A stretch of 64,000 nucleotides of DNA from Methanofastidiosum sp. (GTDB lineage Archaea; Methanobacteriota_B; Thermococci; Methanofastidiosales; Methanofastidiosaceae): assembly GCA_020854815.1 (NCBI GenBank), contig JAHKLW010000043.1, forward strand, positions 3,170 through 67,169, given 5' to 3'. A model generated the notes under the pieces. That model was not told the origin of the DNA and did not search any database. It worked only from the letters and a program-made list of their open reading frames with translations. The position numbers and the translations under genes were made by a program. Below, in pieces: positions 37,507 through 47,908 of the stretch; positions within the stretch are counted from its first letter, which is position 1, and each line of letters begins with the position of its first letter.

Positions 37507-37704
37507 TTACATTATTTCTTTGTGTGTCATTAGTCTTGTTGTGTAACCTGCGATTCTATTCAAAAGTTTATGTGTAGGTACATCGAGTAAGTCTTTAATT
37601 ACTAATTTGTTCTCTTCAAAATCTTTTGTAAGTTCGCCTCTGTGTTTTTCAACTAACTGTCTTGAAATTCTTTTTATAAATGATGGTCTGATTCTTCCCA
37701 ACAT
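37507..37704 (-). CDS. rps17e: 30S ribosomal protein S17e
   Basis: MLGRIRPSFIKRISRQLVEKH...NRIAGYTTRLM. Confidence 0.85.
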   Translation of the reverse strand: MLGRIRPSFIKRISRQLVEKHRGELTKDFEENKLVIKDLLDVPTHKLLNRIAGYTTRLMTHKEIM

Positions 37705-37762
37705 TACACCTCCATTTTAAAAGAAATGGTATAGTGGGCTTTTTAAAATTATCGTCAGATTA

Positions 37763-38578
37763 TTGATTTTTTTCAATTTTAGGCCTTATTGTCTGTATTA
37801 TTGCAGAAATTATTTAAAGATTAACTATCGAAATAAATCCATGCTTGACATTATTAAGAGTCGAATTGATCCAAATCTTACAATTGGAATAGGAGCTTAT
37901 GATGACCCAGAAAAAGTTCAAGATGCGGTAAACAGTATCGATTTTTGTAATGTAAAAATTTTCAATACATCTGCCAAGATCATCGCTTCCCTACAAAAAG
38001 GCGAAATAGACGCTATTGTCCGAGGTACGCTTCAAAGTTCAGATTTCATAAAAGAAGTAAAAAATAGTTTTAAAATTGATAAGATTTATAGAATTGGCCT
38101 TTTAGGAACCTATGACAAAAAATATTTCTTTTTTGCGCCTCTTGGCGTTGATGAGGGTGAAAACCTAAAAGAAAAAGAAATGCTAGTTGAATATGCTAAG
38201 GATTTGTTAAAAAGATTCAAAATTGAGCCAAAAATATCAGTCCTTTCTGGTGGACGAAAAAAAGATATAGGAAGATCTGAAAGGGTTGATAATACGATAC
38301 TTGAAGCAGAAGCTTTGGCAGAGAAGTATGGCGTAAAACATTCTGAAATTTTAATTGAAAATGCAATAAAATATTCGAATTTTATACTTGCGCCGGATGG
38401 AATATCAGGCAATTTAATTTACAGGACTTTAATTCATCTTGGCGGAGGCACTTCCCATGGAGCACTCTATTATCCTCTAGCTATTAAAGGCACAGTCATT
38501 GTTGATACTTCAAGAGCTGGCCCCAAAGAAGAGTATATTTCATCAATCGCTCTTGCAAATGCTATTAAAAATTATTAA
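37763..38578 (+). CDS. Phosphate acetyl/butyryltransferase (PTA/PTB) family protein, resembles methanogen marker protein 4 type
   Basis: ILAPDGISGNLIYRTLIHLGGG...LAIKGTVIVDTSRAGP matches the PTA_PTB C-terminal pattern. Confidence 0.55.
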   Translation: MIFFNFRPYCLYYCRNYLKINYRNKSMLDIIKSRIDPNLTIGIGAYDDPEKVQDAVNSIDFCNVKIFNTSAKIIASLQKGEIDAIVRGTLQSSDFIKEVKNSFKIDKIYRIGLLGTYDKKYFFFAPLGVDEGENLKEKEMLVEYAKDLLKRFKIEPKISVLSGGRKKDIGRSERVDNTILEAEALAEKYGVKHSEILIENAIKYSNFILAPDGISGNLIYRTLIHLGGGTSHGALYYPLAIKGTVIVDTSRAGPKEEYISSIALANAIKNY

Positions 38579-39363
38579 TCAAAAAAATCAATTATTTTTT
38601 CTAAATTAACTACATTCTTCCAAGATACCAGTTCATTATGGTTTGTTGCGTCAAGATGGATTGGAGTTAATGATACCTTGTTCTGCTTTATTGCTGAATA
38701 ATCTGTACCTTCTTCAACAAATCCTCCAGGGGGTTTACCAAAGACTTTAAAATACATCTTGCCTTCCTTTTTGTTTGTTTCAAATGGCTCATCATAGTAA
38801 ACTCTTCTCCCAAGTCTCGTCACTTCAACTCCTTTTAGTTCATTAAATGGAACAGAAGGTACGTTTATGTTTAGAAGCGTGTCAGTAGGCAATTTCTTAA
38901 AATTCCAAGAATCAAAAAGTATTTCCAAGAATTTTGTTGCAGTGTCAAACATTGGGTTATAATAATCTGATGAAGAAATAGCTAGCGAAGGTATTCCATT
39001 TATTATTCCTTCTCTGGCAGCAGAAACTGTTCCAGAGTAATATATATCATAGGATATGTTCTCTCCATGATTTATCCCTGAAAGTATCAGATCAATTTTT
39101 TCTCTCATGAAATGTCTTATAGCAAGAGCTACACAGTCGACAGGAGTTCCAGAAACGAGATAATCTGTTCTTTGTTTATCTGGTAAATAAAGACTCTCAA
39201 CTTCAATTTTTTTAAATATAGAATAACTATGGCCGATTCCACTACAATTTTCTTTTGGAGCTATGACAACAACTTCGCCTAAAGACTCAGCAACCTCTGT
39301 GAGTCTCTTTATTCCTTCTCTTCCATACCCGTCATCATTAGTTACTAGTATTCTCATTTGCAC
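38575..39363 (-). CDS. surE: 5'/3'-nucleotidase SurE
   Basis: MRILVTNDDG N-terminal signature. Confidence 0.9.
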   Translation of the reverse strand: MQMRILVTNDDGYGREGIKRLTEVAESLGEVVVIAPKENCSGIGHSYSIFKKIEVESLYLPDKQRTDYLVSGTPVDCVALAIRHFMREKIDLILSGINHGENISYDIYYSGTVSAAREGIINGIPSLAISSSDYYNPMFDTATKFLEILFDSWNFKKLPTDTLLNINVPSVPFNELKGVEVTRLGRRVYYDEPFETNKKEGKMYFKVFGKPPGGFVEEGTDYSAIKQNKVSLTPIHLDATNHNELVSWKNVVNLEKIIDFFD

Positions 39364-39391
39364 TAAAGAGGCAGTAAGATACTTTTAAAGG

Positions 39392-40519
39392 TTATTCCTT
39401 AATTATTTCTAGTATTGCTTCTTTAGGAACTCTTAGGTGGATAAGATTTTGCTTTCCACGCCCTCTTGACTGAGCCCTTTGAATGTCGACTATCTTAAGA
39501 TTTTCAAGTTTTGATGTTGCCTTTCTAAAGAGTTCGTATGACATCTCTTCTTCTAAGATATGGAAGAAATCACTTGCTTTTGTGAATTTACCAGAGTTTT
39601 CAGCTAAAACTTTCAGGACTTTTTTGTCTGTTTTTGATAGTCCATCGAAGACATTTTTGACATGCAGAGAAGAGCTGATACGTTCTATTGCTTTTTCAAC
39701 ATCATCGATAATTATTTTTTTTCGTCCATCGAGTTCTGCCAACATTGCAGCGTCCTTTATTCCTCTTATCCCAAGTCTTAAGTCGCCTTTCTCAAAAGTT
39801 ATTTCTGCAATTTTGTCTAAGACTTCCGCTCCCATCACTCCAGGATAAAGTCCAATTTCAGAACGGTATTCAAGAATATCATGTATTGTATCTTGAGAAT
39901 AAGATTTAAAGTGAACTTCATTTGGCATGAACACAGTCCTAATTTTTTCTGAAACTTTAAATGAAAACGCATTGTCTGTTATAATACCGATAATTCCTGT
40001 TTTAACTCCAGGATATATCTCATGCGCCCTTAGAATTTTATAAAGAATATTTTCTGCAATATTAACATGAAATAAAAAATCCACATCGTCCAATGCTACT
40101 AGTAATGTTTTATTTTTTTTCTGTAGTTCTCCCATTGTATATTCATAAAGAGTCGTTAATGGTTTTCCGGTTTCTACGGGGGGATATCCAAAAAGTCCTC
40201 TGAAAATCTGAGACATTATTGAGAATTCTCGGTAATGAAATTGACAATTTATGTAGACTGGAACAACATTATTTGAAACTTCAGTTATTTCTTTAAAGAG
40301 TAATTTGATTGAAGTGGTCTTTCCTGTGCCTGTTGGCCCTAAAACGATAGTATTTGTTGGAAAATCTCCTTTTATTAAAGGTTTTACGTTGTGAGAGATT
40401 GCTTCAAGTTCATTGTCCCTATGTTTGAAAACCTCCGGTATGTAACTAAGATCAAAGACTTCGGGATTTCTGAAAAGCGATTCATCCCACATCAAAATAT
40501 CCTTTATTTTGCTTGACAT
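39392..40519 (-). CDS. cdc6: Orc1/Cdc6 replication initiator
   Basis: AAA+ Walker A VLGPTGTGKTT and C-terminal winged helix. Confidence 0.9.
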   Translation of the reverse strand: MSSKIKDILMWDESLFRNPEVFDLSYIPEVFKHRDNELEAISHNVKPLIKGDFPTNTIVLGPTGTGKTTSIKLLFKEITEVSNNVVPVYINCQFHYREFSIMSQIFRGLFGYPPVETGKPLTTLYEYTMGELQKKNKTLLVALDDVDFLFHVNIAENILYKILRAHEIYPGVKTGIIGIITDNAFSFKVSEKIRTVFMPNEVHFKSYSQDTIHDILEYRSEIGLYPGVMGAEVLDKIAEITFEKGDLRLGIRGIKDAAMLAELDGRKKIIIDDVEKAIERISSSLHVKNVFDGLSKTDKKVLKVLAENSGKFTKASDFFHILEEEMSYELFRKATSKLENLKIVDIQRAQSRGRGKQNLIHLRVPKEAILEIIKE

Positions 40520-41231
40520 AACTAAATAAAAAAATTATTTTAAGTTTTTATACTTTAGCTACTTCCATGAATATGTTTGATAAGACAAAGTTCTTATCAT
40601 TTCTTTCAGAGTTCGCATGTTCTATTGCCTTTTCGATTAATAAAGGAAAAGGAACTTTTTTTGAGTTTTTGTATTCCTGCATATAATCACCAATTAGTAT
40701 ATCACCGGCGGCAATATAAACTAAGCCTTAGTGAGATATTTGATTTTTTATTAATTTAAAGTTCCATTGTTCCCTCAAATCATTTAAATAGTAATTAATA
40801 TCCTTATTATTAAATTTTAAGAAATAATATATTCTAGAATAACCAATAGAAAGATATATAATCCCAAATAGAATAATTAATCATATGAGATCTGAAGAAA
40901 GAAAGAAACTTATGTTAGTTGTTATGACGATTATAGTATGTGGAATGTTATTAATGTCTTCTCTACAGATATTCTTCTTTTTTAGATAGTACTTTATTAT
41001 TTGATATCGGATTCATATAAAGTTCTCAACATAATAGCAAAAAAATACTGCTGCCAAGCTAAGAACAAATATAGTATATCCAAATATCAAATCTGCTATT
41101 TCTTCTCCTTTCAAAGAATCCCCATTATACTAGGATTGATAGTAAATAAAGTTTACTGCAAAAAAGAATATAAAATAAAAAATATGTCAGACCGCCCATC
41201 TCTCATCATCAGTCAGACGCTGTCGGTTTCC

Positions 41232-42455
41232 TCATCCATACATACCAATTAACGAATTATTTTGATATTCCGGTGATGTAATTCTTGATACTGAGCATTT
41301 AAAGTCTTCGGGAGTGACGTAATCTCTATCTTCCCTGATTGCGGCCATTCCTGCTTCAGTGCACAGTGACCTAATCTCTGCACCTGAAAGTCCATTTACT
41401 AGATCAATAATTTCGGAGTAATCAAGATTCTTAATGTTCATATTCCTAGAATGAATCTTAAATATGTCAAGGCAAGCCTCTTTTGTGGGTGGCGGTATTT
41501 CAATCAATCTGTCAAATCTGCCAGGCCGTAAGAGTGCAGGATCTAACATATCCACTCTGTTCGTAGCACCAATAATTTTAACATGCCCCCTTGGATCAAA
41601 ACCGTCAAGCTCAGCTAGAAGTTGCATCATTGTCCTTGCAACTTCTCGATCTCCGCTTATACCAGTATCAACACGCCTTGCCCCTATAGCGTCTATCTCA
41701 TCAATAAATAGAATTGAAGGAGCTTTTTCCCTTGATAGATTGAAAACTTCCCTTACCATCCGAGCTCCTTCCCCTATATATTTTCTAACAAACTCAGAGC
41801 CAACAACTCTTATGAATGTGGAATCAGTTTCATTTGCAACTGCCTTGACAATTAACGTTTTACCGTTTCCAGGTGGTCCGTGTAACAAAACTCCGTGTGG
41901 TGGCTCTATACCGACTTTATCGAAAAGTTCCGGTTTCTTTAGAGGTAATTCCACAGTTTCTTTTATCTTATTTATTTGATCAGTTAATCCACCAATATGA
42001 GAATAGGTTACACATGTTTTATCCAAAACTTCCATTCCACATACTTCTGGATCTTTTGTTGATGGTAGAACTTCCATTATAGAAAGATTTCTTTGATTAC
42101 ACGCCACTAGTGCACCAGGAATGAGATCATTAATATTAACATTAGAACAAGCACCAACAACAAATTTTGGTCCACTTGAACTCTTAATGATGATTTTGGA
42201 TGGATCTATTGCCTCAACTATAACTCCTGTTATCAGCGGGGGTGCATTTAATCTGTCCAACTCTTTTTTGAGGTTCTCATTTTCTTTTTCTAATCTAATT
42301 TTCTCAGTTATAAAGCTTCGATTTTGTATTTCAAGAATTTTTAATCTTTCTAGTATCTTATCATTATACTGGGCATCATTTTCATAAACATCTTCTTCGT
42401 CAAGTCTTTTTGTCCTATACTTAATACTACTGTCCACTATTAGCACCCCAAACAT
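41232..42455 (-). CDS. pan: Proteasome-activating nucleotidase PAN
   Basis: N-terminal coiled coil, Walker A GPPGNGKT, Walker B FIDEIDA, AAA second region. Confidence 0.9.
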   Translation of the reverse strand: MFGVLIVDSSIKYRTKRLDEEDVYENDAQYNDKILERLKILEIQNRSFITEKIRLEKENENLKKELDRLNAPPLITGVIVEAIDPSKIIIKSSSGPKFVVGACSNVNINDLIPGALVACNQRNLSIMEVLPSTKDPEVCGMEVLDKTCVTYSHIGGLTDQINKIKETVELPLKKPELFDKVGIEPPHGVLLHGPPGNGKTLIVKAVANETDSTFIRVVGSEFVRKYIGEGARMVREVFNLSREKAPSILFIDEIDAIGARRVDTGISGDREVARTMMQLLAELDGFDPRGHVKIIGATNRVDMLDPALLRPGRFDRLIEIPPPTKEACLDIFKIHSRNMNIKNLDYSEIIDLVNGLSGAEIRSLCTEAGMAAIREDRDYVTPEDFKCSVSRITSPEYQNNSLIGMYG

Positions 42456-42613
42456 GATGTATTAGATTTCACATCTTTATAAATGTTTCTACATTGAGTA
42501 TCATTATTATGAGAAATATTTAAAAAAAATCTTACAATGATGATTATCATTTTTAAGAATAATTCAAAGTTCAAAACCCTTATAAACATTTAATTTGAAC
42601 AACTGTTGATAAG

Positions 42614-43108
42614 ATGATATGCGAAATATGTGGAAAGACCATACAAGGAAAAATCTTCAATGTAAGAGTTGAAGGTGCCAGTGTAAAGGTTTGTGATAAA
42701 TGTTCGAGATTTGGAACAGACCGCCAGAGTTGGTCAAAATTTGGCAAAGGCCCTGCGAGTTCAGATGGATTAGTGCTACCATCAAGACCAAAATTTAGTG
42801 GCGGGCCAGTGAAAACGAGAGAAGAATATAGTCTAGTAGATGACTACCATCTAGTTATAAAGGATGCTCGAGAAGCCAAGGGATGGTCTCAGAAAGATCT
42901 TGCTAGGAAAATGAATGAAAAAGAATCTATAATCCATCATATTGAAACAGAAGGTTTCGCGCTTTCTAATGAACTTATCCAGAAACTTGAAAGAGTACTG
43001 AATATTAAACTCAAAGATAAATCAGATGAAGGCATTGAAATATCCAAATATAAACAAAATTTAAAGGAAACAACAATAGGCGATATAATCAAGATAAAGA
43101 AGAAGTGA
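42614..43108 (+). CDS. mbf1: Archaeal multiprotein bridging factor 1 (aMBF1)
   Basis: N-terminal Zn ribbon CEICG...CDKC plus C-terminal XRE-type HTH KGWSQKDLARKMNEKESIIHHIE. Confidence 0.8.
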   Translation: MICEICGKTIQGKIFNVRVEGASVKVCDKCSRFGTDRQSWSKFGKGPASSDGLVLPSRPKFSGGPVKTREEYSLVDDYHLVIKDAREAKGWSQKDLARKMNEKESIIHHIETEGFALSNELIQKLERVLNIKLKDKSDEGIEISKYKQNLKETTIGDIIKIKKK

Positions 43109-44234
43109 GGCATCTAATGAAAACTGTCGCATATTCGCCTTTATAGAGAAAGAATTTGAATCTTGCTCCTTCTTCTTCAATGCTGAAAGAAAGATCTTTG
43201 TATCCTCCCAAGATATTCCTATACGCACCGTTAGATGCTAAAAATGGTGCTTCTTTTACACGAAAACTTTCTTTCGATATTCCTTCACTTCCTATTAATT
43301 CCATTGACAACTTTCCCAGAAGAGACTTAGGAATCAAAGAGCTGTAACCAATTAAAGGTGCTATAACATTTATTTCTCCTTTTTTTATACCTTCTTTTAC
43401 CCGCACAAGATTGGATTTATTTACCTGTGTCCTATAGTAGTTGCCCTGTTTTTGCATTGATACAAGATCACCCACCTCAACTTCATTTAGTGGAACTTCT
43501 TTTATTCTTTCGAGAACAACTTGATTGAATATTTTTGCCTGATAAGCATGAACAAAAAGAGAAGAAACTGAGGGAGGTAAAACAATAAAAACTTTGGCGT
43601 AATCTGGTGCTTTTGACAAATATTCCAAGATTTGTTTTTCATTTCTTAATTTTGGATATAATTCAAGTGCTTCTGCATACTTTCCGTCTTTAATTAAATC
43701 AGCTGCCTCTCCACTAAGATTATCCTTTAATAACAAAGTTTCAACTGCCTCTTTGAATTGGCCTTTCAATATAAGTCTCCCAACTTCCTCGTTGCCCCCA
43801 AATCGCTGCCCCCCAAAAAGGTTTGGAAATCCAGATTGTCCTTCTATTTTCTGTATATTGAATTGTATTTTTTCATCAGAATTATTTGGAATGTTCCTCA
43901 CAAGAATGTTAAATTTGTTTCCTACTAGATCACCGATATCAATCTTCTGCCCTTTTGAAAAATCGAATAATTCTGCGTCTTTTAATTCTATACTCTTTAG
44001 AATATCTTCATAGATTCTTTCAATAGAAAAACTCTGGATAGTTACTGCATGCCTATCTTTGAGTCCTGCGTACCCAAATTTACTAAAAGGTATTCCTGTC
44101 TTTCTCGCTATTTCATGAATGACATCAAGCGTGTCTCTATTTATTTTTTTTACCTTGAAAACAAGATATTTGCCTCTTGTGAGATTTATGACTTCCTCTA
44201 CTTGAAAATCTTCGGGATATTTTTTTATTTCCAT
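43089..44234 (-). CDS. truD: tRNA pseudouridine synthase TruD (Pus7 family)
   Basis: PEDFQVEE N-terminus and FGYAGLKDRHAVTIQ catalytic-Asp motif. Confidence 0.8.
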   Translation of the reverse strand: MEIKKYPEDFQVEEVINLTRGKYLVFKVKKINRDTLDVIHEIARKTGIPFSKFGYAGLKDRHAVTIQSFSIERIYEDILKSIELKDAELFDFSKGQKIDIGDLVGNKFNILVRNIPNNSDEKIQFNIQKIEGQSGFPNLFGGQRFGGNEEVGRLILKGQFKEAVETLLLKDNLSGEAADLIKDGKYAEALELYPKLRNEKQILEYLSKAPDYAKVFIVLPPSVSSLFVHAYQAKIFNQVVLERIKEVPLNEVEVGDLVSMQKQGNYYRTQVNKSNLVRVKEGIKKGEINVIAPLIGYSSLIPKSLLGKLSMELIGSEGISKESFRVKEAPFLASNGAYRNILGGYKDLSFSIEEEGARFKFFLYKGEYATVFIRCLTSSLS

Positions 44235-44243
44235 GAAATCGCT

Positions 44244-44897
44244 CTATGTCACGCGAGTACTTAATTCGGTTAAAGTAAAGAAATCCCCTATTCCGGTCCA
44301 CCGGATCCTCAAAGGTCCACCATATAAACCAGGTGTCTGTGTCCTAAGAATTACATCAAATCTTAAATTTTCCCTAGGGATCATTGAATCAATTGTAATC
44401 TCATTGCTGATCAGTCTTACCCTTGCATCCGATACTCTCACTACTTGGAATCCCCTCATATACGACTCAGGTAATGAAATTCTAATATTCTGAGCATTTT
44501 CATTAGATGTATTTGTAAGACTAAAAGATACTGTTACATTTTCACTCGGATGAAAAGTTGAAGATGTCCATTGTACTTCAGTTGCTACCCACACTACAGG
44601 TATGTCCCAAGATTGAAGTTGAAGCTGTAACACTTCATTTTTCTTTAATAGATCCTGAATCTGGAAAGTATAATTTCTGACAACTGAATCATACTGTGAT
44701 TTTTCTGTTTCAAGGACAAGAAGTTTATTCTCAAGAATTGTCTGCTGCCCCTGAAGCTTTGTTATCTCTTGATTTAGAGTGTTTACTCTCTGACTAAGTA
44801 CGGTATTTTGATTGTTCAGAAGGCTTATATTGTATACCGATATTACAAGCCCTACTGCCAAAATAAATGTTGCGACTACAAATACTTCTTTCTGCAT
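44244..44897 (-). CDS. Membrane-anchored coiled-coil protein
   Basis: N-terminal TM VVATFILAVGLVISVY, heptad-rich segment, C-terminal beta-rich domain. Confidence 0.4.
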   Translation of the reverse strand: MQKEVFVVATFILAVGLVISVYNISLLNNQNTVLSQRVNTLNQEITKLQGQQTILENKLLVLETEKSQYDSVVRNYTFQIQDLLKKNEVLQLQLQSWDIPVVWVATEVQWTSSTFHPSENVTVSFSLTNTSNENAQNIRISLPESYMRGFQVVRVSDARVRLISNEITIDSMIPRENLRFDVILRTQTPGLYGGPLRIRWTGIGDFFTLTELSTRVT

Positions 44898-44906
44898 AAA
44901 TCCTCC

Positions 44907-45749
44907 TTAACTTATTATATCCACGGCAAAATCCATAATGATTCTACCAAAGCTTTCTGGTAGAATGTCTATTAGGATGAGTGTCATGTTTTTATTATAT
45001 ACTTTTATTTTATCTTCTCTATATAGTTCTAGTATTTTATAAGATATATCTCTTCTTGTTTGTTTATCATATTCGGCCAAATTGAGCATATTTAAGGATA
45101 TTTCCCCTATTATCTTGCTCTTAACTCTCCAAAGACTTGTTTCGGGAACATCTTTGATAGCTGTCGGATCAACTATTGGGAAGGCTTTCCCCTGGACAAT
45201 CTGTTTAGCCATTATTCCAGTAACATTACCTTTTGCAGTGATATCCTTCTGCTGCCCCAATATCGTAATCTGTTGAGTAAAATCAATAGGAACATATCCA
45301 ACTACATCGACTAATTCCTTTAACGTATCAGAATCTATAACAACTACCCTTGTAATATCAATTTCAGATTGCCCTTTTGAAATTTGCTTTGCGTGGCTCA
45401 CCCCAGTTCGTATATCAGATGCTTTTATCAAAGAGTTGTTAATGTTTATCCCCAAAGAACTTAGAGCAGGATTTGTTGATAATGGATCTATATCCACACT
45501 GCTTCCATTTGGCCTCAAATTAGAGAAAATAATGACAGAAGAAACTTCTAGCGTTCCAGGATTACCTTTCTCTTCGTCTATGAAAAGGAATAGAGTATTA
45601 TCATTTCCCAATCTATAAACGTCATAAAATACCCCGGCAAATAGAAGTGCCACTAATAGGACGAAAATTATGGGCCATTTCCAACCTACTGATTTTTTCT
45701 TTGAATCTTTTTTTTGATTTTTGGCTTTTGTATCATTATTTTTTGCCAT
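44907..45749 (-). CDS. Membrane-anchored extracytoplasmic protein, unknown family
   Basis: Lys-rich N-terminus, then TM WPIIFVLLVALLFAGVF. 280 aa. Confidence 0.4.
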   Translation of the reverse strand: MAKNNDTKAKNQKKDSKKKSVGWKWPIIFVLLVALLFAGVFYDVYRLGNDNTLFLFIDEEKGNPGTLEVSSVIIFSNLRPNGSSVDIDPLSTNPALSSLGININNSLIKASDIRTGVSHAKQISKGQSEIDITRVVVIDSDTLKELVDVVGYVPIDFTQQITILGQQKDITAKGNVTGIMAKQIVQGKAFPIVDPTAIKDVPETSLWRVKSKIIGEISLNMLNLAEYDKQTRRDISYKILELYREDKIKVYNKNMTLILIDILPESFGRIIMDFAVDIIS

Positions 45750-45822
45750 ATTTTCTCACCAATAAGTTCCTATCTACTATTTATTCCTAAAAATATTTAA
45801 AATTACCTATCAAGATAGCATT

Positions 45823-46761
45823 ATGAAGATACTTTGCCCCAACTGTAGGGCCACAATACTCTTCAAAGGTGATGAAAAATATCTACTTTGCTCAAACTGT
45901 AGAATTAAAATAAAGATGCCTACAAAGAAGGATTACCCAAATATAACGCCAAATCTTATTGAAAAATGTTCTATATGTGAAAAGGTAATAAAATCTTCCA
46001 AAAACAAAAGAAGATGCCCTGTTTGTGGACAAAAAGTATGCTCTTCATGTTGGAATTATTCAAGACTTGTTTGTAAGAGGTGTCTTGAAGAAGGTATAAC
46101 TTCCAAGCCGCTTTACACACTTAAAGAGAAGAATTCAAGGCCAAAACTATTCTTAAGAGAAGAGTTCCTTGAAGATATAAAAGAAGGAGAGATAGCATCG
46201 ATACCTATCAAGGTAAAAAACCTAGGAGATGAAGATGCTTTAAATGTTAAGGTAGAGGTAAGATCTTCTCCAAATATTAAAACAATTGAATCAGCCGACA
46301 TAGGAAAAATAGAAATGGAAAAGGAAAAGCGATGCATATTGAGATTTACTCCAAAGTATAGCGGTAAGGGTAGTATTGAGATTCTTTTATCATATGAGGA
46401 TTATGGCAAAAACAAGTTTTTTGAAAGTGTTAAATCAGAGTTTGATATCAAAGAGAAAAAGAAACGAGAAGAGAAAAGATGGGATTACCAGAAATGGAAC
46501 TATGACTCCAAAAAAGAAAAACGGAGAGAAGAGCCAATCAAAAAAGATAGCGATTCTCTTGAAGTGCTATTAAAACAGTTTGGATGCGCTCCCGATGCAT
46601 CAATTGAAGATATTAAAAAGAGGAAGAAAGTGCTAAACATGATGTACCATCCTGATTTCAATGTGAATAAGCCAGATCAAGTCAAGAAAGAAATGGAAGA
46701 TATGTTAAAGGAAATAAATGAAATCTATCAAAAAATCTTGAATAAAAAAGGAGAAAAATAA
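45823..46761 (+). CDS. J-domain protein with N-terminal multi-Zn-ribbon and central beta-sandwich (CARDB-like) region
   Basis: Four CxxC pairs in the N-terminus. IPIKVKNLGDEDALNVKVEV-type middle domain. C-terminal J domain with HPD (LNMMYHPDFN...EINEIYQKI). Confidence 0.6.
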   Translation: MKILCPNCRATILFKGDEKYLLCSNCRIKIKMPTKKDYPNITPNLIEKCSICEKVIKSSKNKRRCPVCGQKVCSSCWNYSRLVCKRCLEEGITSKPLYTLKEKNSRPKLFLREEFLEDIKEGEIASIPIKVKNLGDEDALNVKVEVRSSPNIKTIESADIGKIEMEKEKRCILRFTPKYSGKGSIEILLSYEDYGKNKFFESVKSEFDIKEKKKREEKRWDYQKWNYDSKKEKRREEPIKKDSDSLEVLLKQFGCAPDASIEDIKKRKKVLNMMYHPDFNVNKPDQVKKEMEDMLKEINEIYQKILNKKGEK

Positions 46762-46876
46762 TCAACTTATAGTTTTACTAAAATTATTTAGATTACAATT
46801 TTACGAGAATTTTTATATTGCTCTTTTATAATTGATAATAAAAATCTATTTAATTCTATATAAAAATCAACTAAAT

Positions 46877-47473
46877 ATGGCCCACAAATTCGATGTAAAA
46901 GAAATGCATAGATTGGATTCCCCTGAAAGAAGAAAAATATTACCTCCTGAAGAAAATCTAATTAAAGCTGGCCTAAAAACTAAGGATATCATTATAGATA
47001 TTGGATGTGGGATAGGTTATTTCTCTATACCTGCTTCAATAATTATAGGGAATGAAGGTAAAGTATTTTCTCTTGATACCTCTAGCGAAATGTTAGAAGA
47101 ACTTGAAAGAAGGGTATATGAAAAAAAGATAAAAAATATAACACCAATTCTTTCAGAATCTTACAAATTTCCATTAGAATCTAATATTGGAACATTTGCT
47201 TTAATGTCAAATGTCCTTCATGAAGTTGATGACAAACTTAGCTTTCTAAAAGAAACAAATAGAGTTTTATCTAACCGAGGAACCCTCTGTATAATCGAAT
47301 GGCAGAAAAAAGAAACTGAAAGAGGCCCACCATTAGAAGATAAACTCAATGCATCAGAAATAAAAGATTTATTAGAAAAAACAAATTTCAAACTAAGTAA
47401 TAGCTTTCCAATAGGTGAGAATTTTTCTGCTTATATATCTAAGAAAGGATCAGATGAACTTCAAAAGATTTAA
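46877..47473 (+). CDS. Class I SAM-dependent methyltransferase
   Basis: IIDIGCGIGYFS motif I. Start chosen at MAHKFD. Confidence 0.6.
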   Translation: MAHKFDVKEMHRLDSPERRKILPPEENLIKAGLKTKDIIIDIGCGIGYFSIPASIIIGNEGKVFSLDTSSEMLEELERRVYEKKIKNITPILSESYKFPLESNIGTFALMSNVLHEVDDKLSFLKETNRVLSNRGTLCIIEWQKKETERGPPLEDKLNASEIKDLLEKTNFKLSNSFPIGENFSAYISKKGSDELQKI

Positions 47474-47908
47474 ACCTATCTCATCACTAAACTTTCTTTC
47501 AACTTCCCCTTCAATTGCGTCAATTATAACTTCAACTGTTGCGCTAACAAATGCTGAATTTAAATGTCCTGCAAATGACTTATGCTCTTCATTTCCAAGA
47601 TTTACGTGAAGGTGTAAATAGACTTCTCCGTTCATAGTTGTAATGTTCCCATAAAGTGGGGCAATTTCATGATTTCCAACTAATTCTTTAGAAAAATACT
47701 TTTTTGATTGGGCTTCAAAAAGTCCAATTGTAACTTTGTTTGTAGCTCCAAGTCCAGTTATTGTTCCTAGTTTGATATTATTCTTGATACAAAATTTCTT
47801 TAGGATTTCTACTACTTCTTCTCCTTTATCGATTCTAATTATATATTTGTTGCCAAATTTCCTGTATTCCATATTATTGAATAAAATTAGAAGTATAAAA
47901 ATCTTCAC
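47450..47908 (-). CDS. PPC-domain (DUF296) DNA-binding protein
   Basis: GEEVVEIL...TITGLGA...GEVYLHLHV pattern. Confidence 0.55.
   Translation of the reverse strand: MKIFILLILFNNMEYRKFGNKYIIRIDKGEEVVEILKKFCIKNNIKLGTITGLGATNKVTIGLFEAQSKKYFSKELVGNHEIAPLYGNITTMNGEVYLHLHVNLGNEEHKSFAGHLNSAFVSATVEVIIDAIEGEVERKFSDEIGLNLLKFI

Noticed and set aside
40577-41252. ORF-track entries 40577-40759 and 41001-41252 in the cdc6-PAN intergenic region
   Set aside because: AT-rich low-complexity translations without start context. The region is better read as non-coding (candidate origin).
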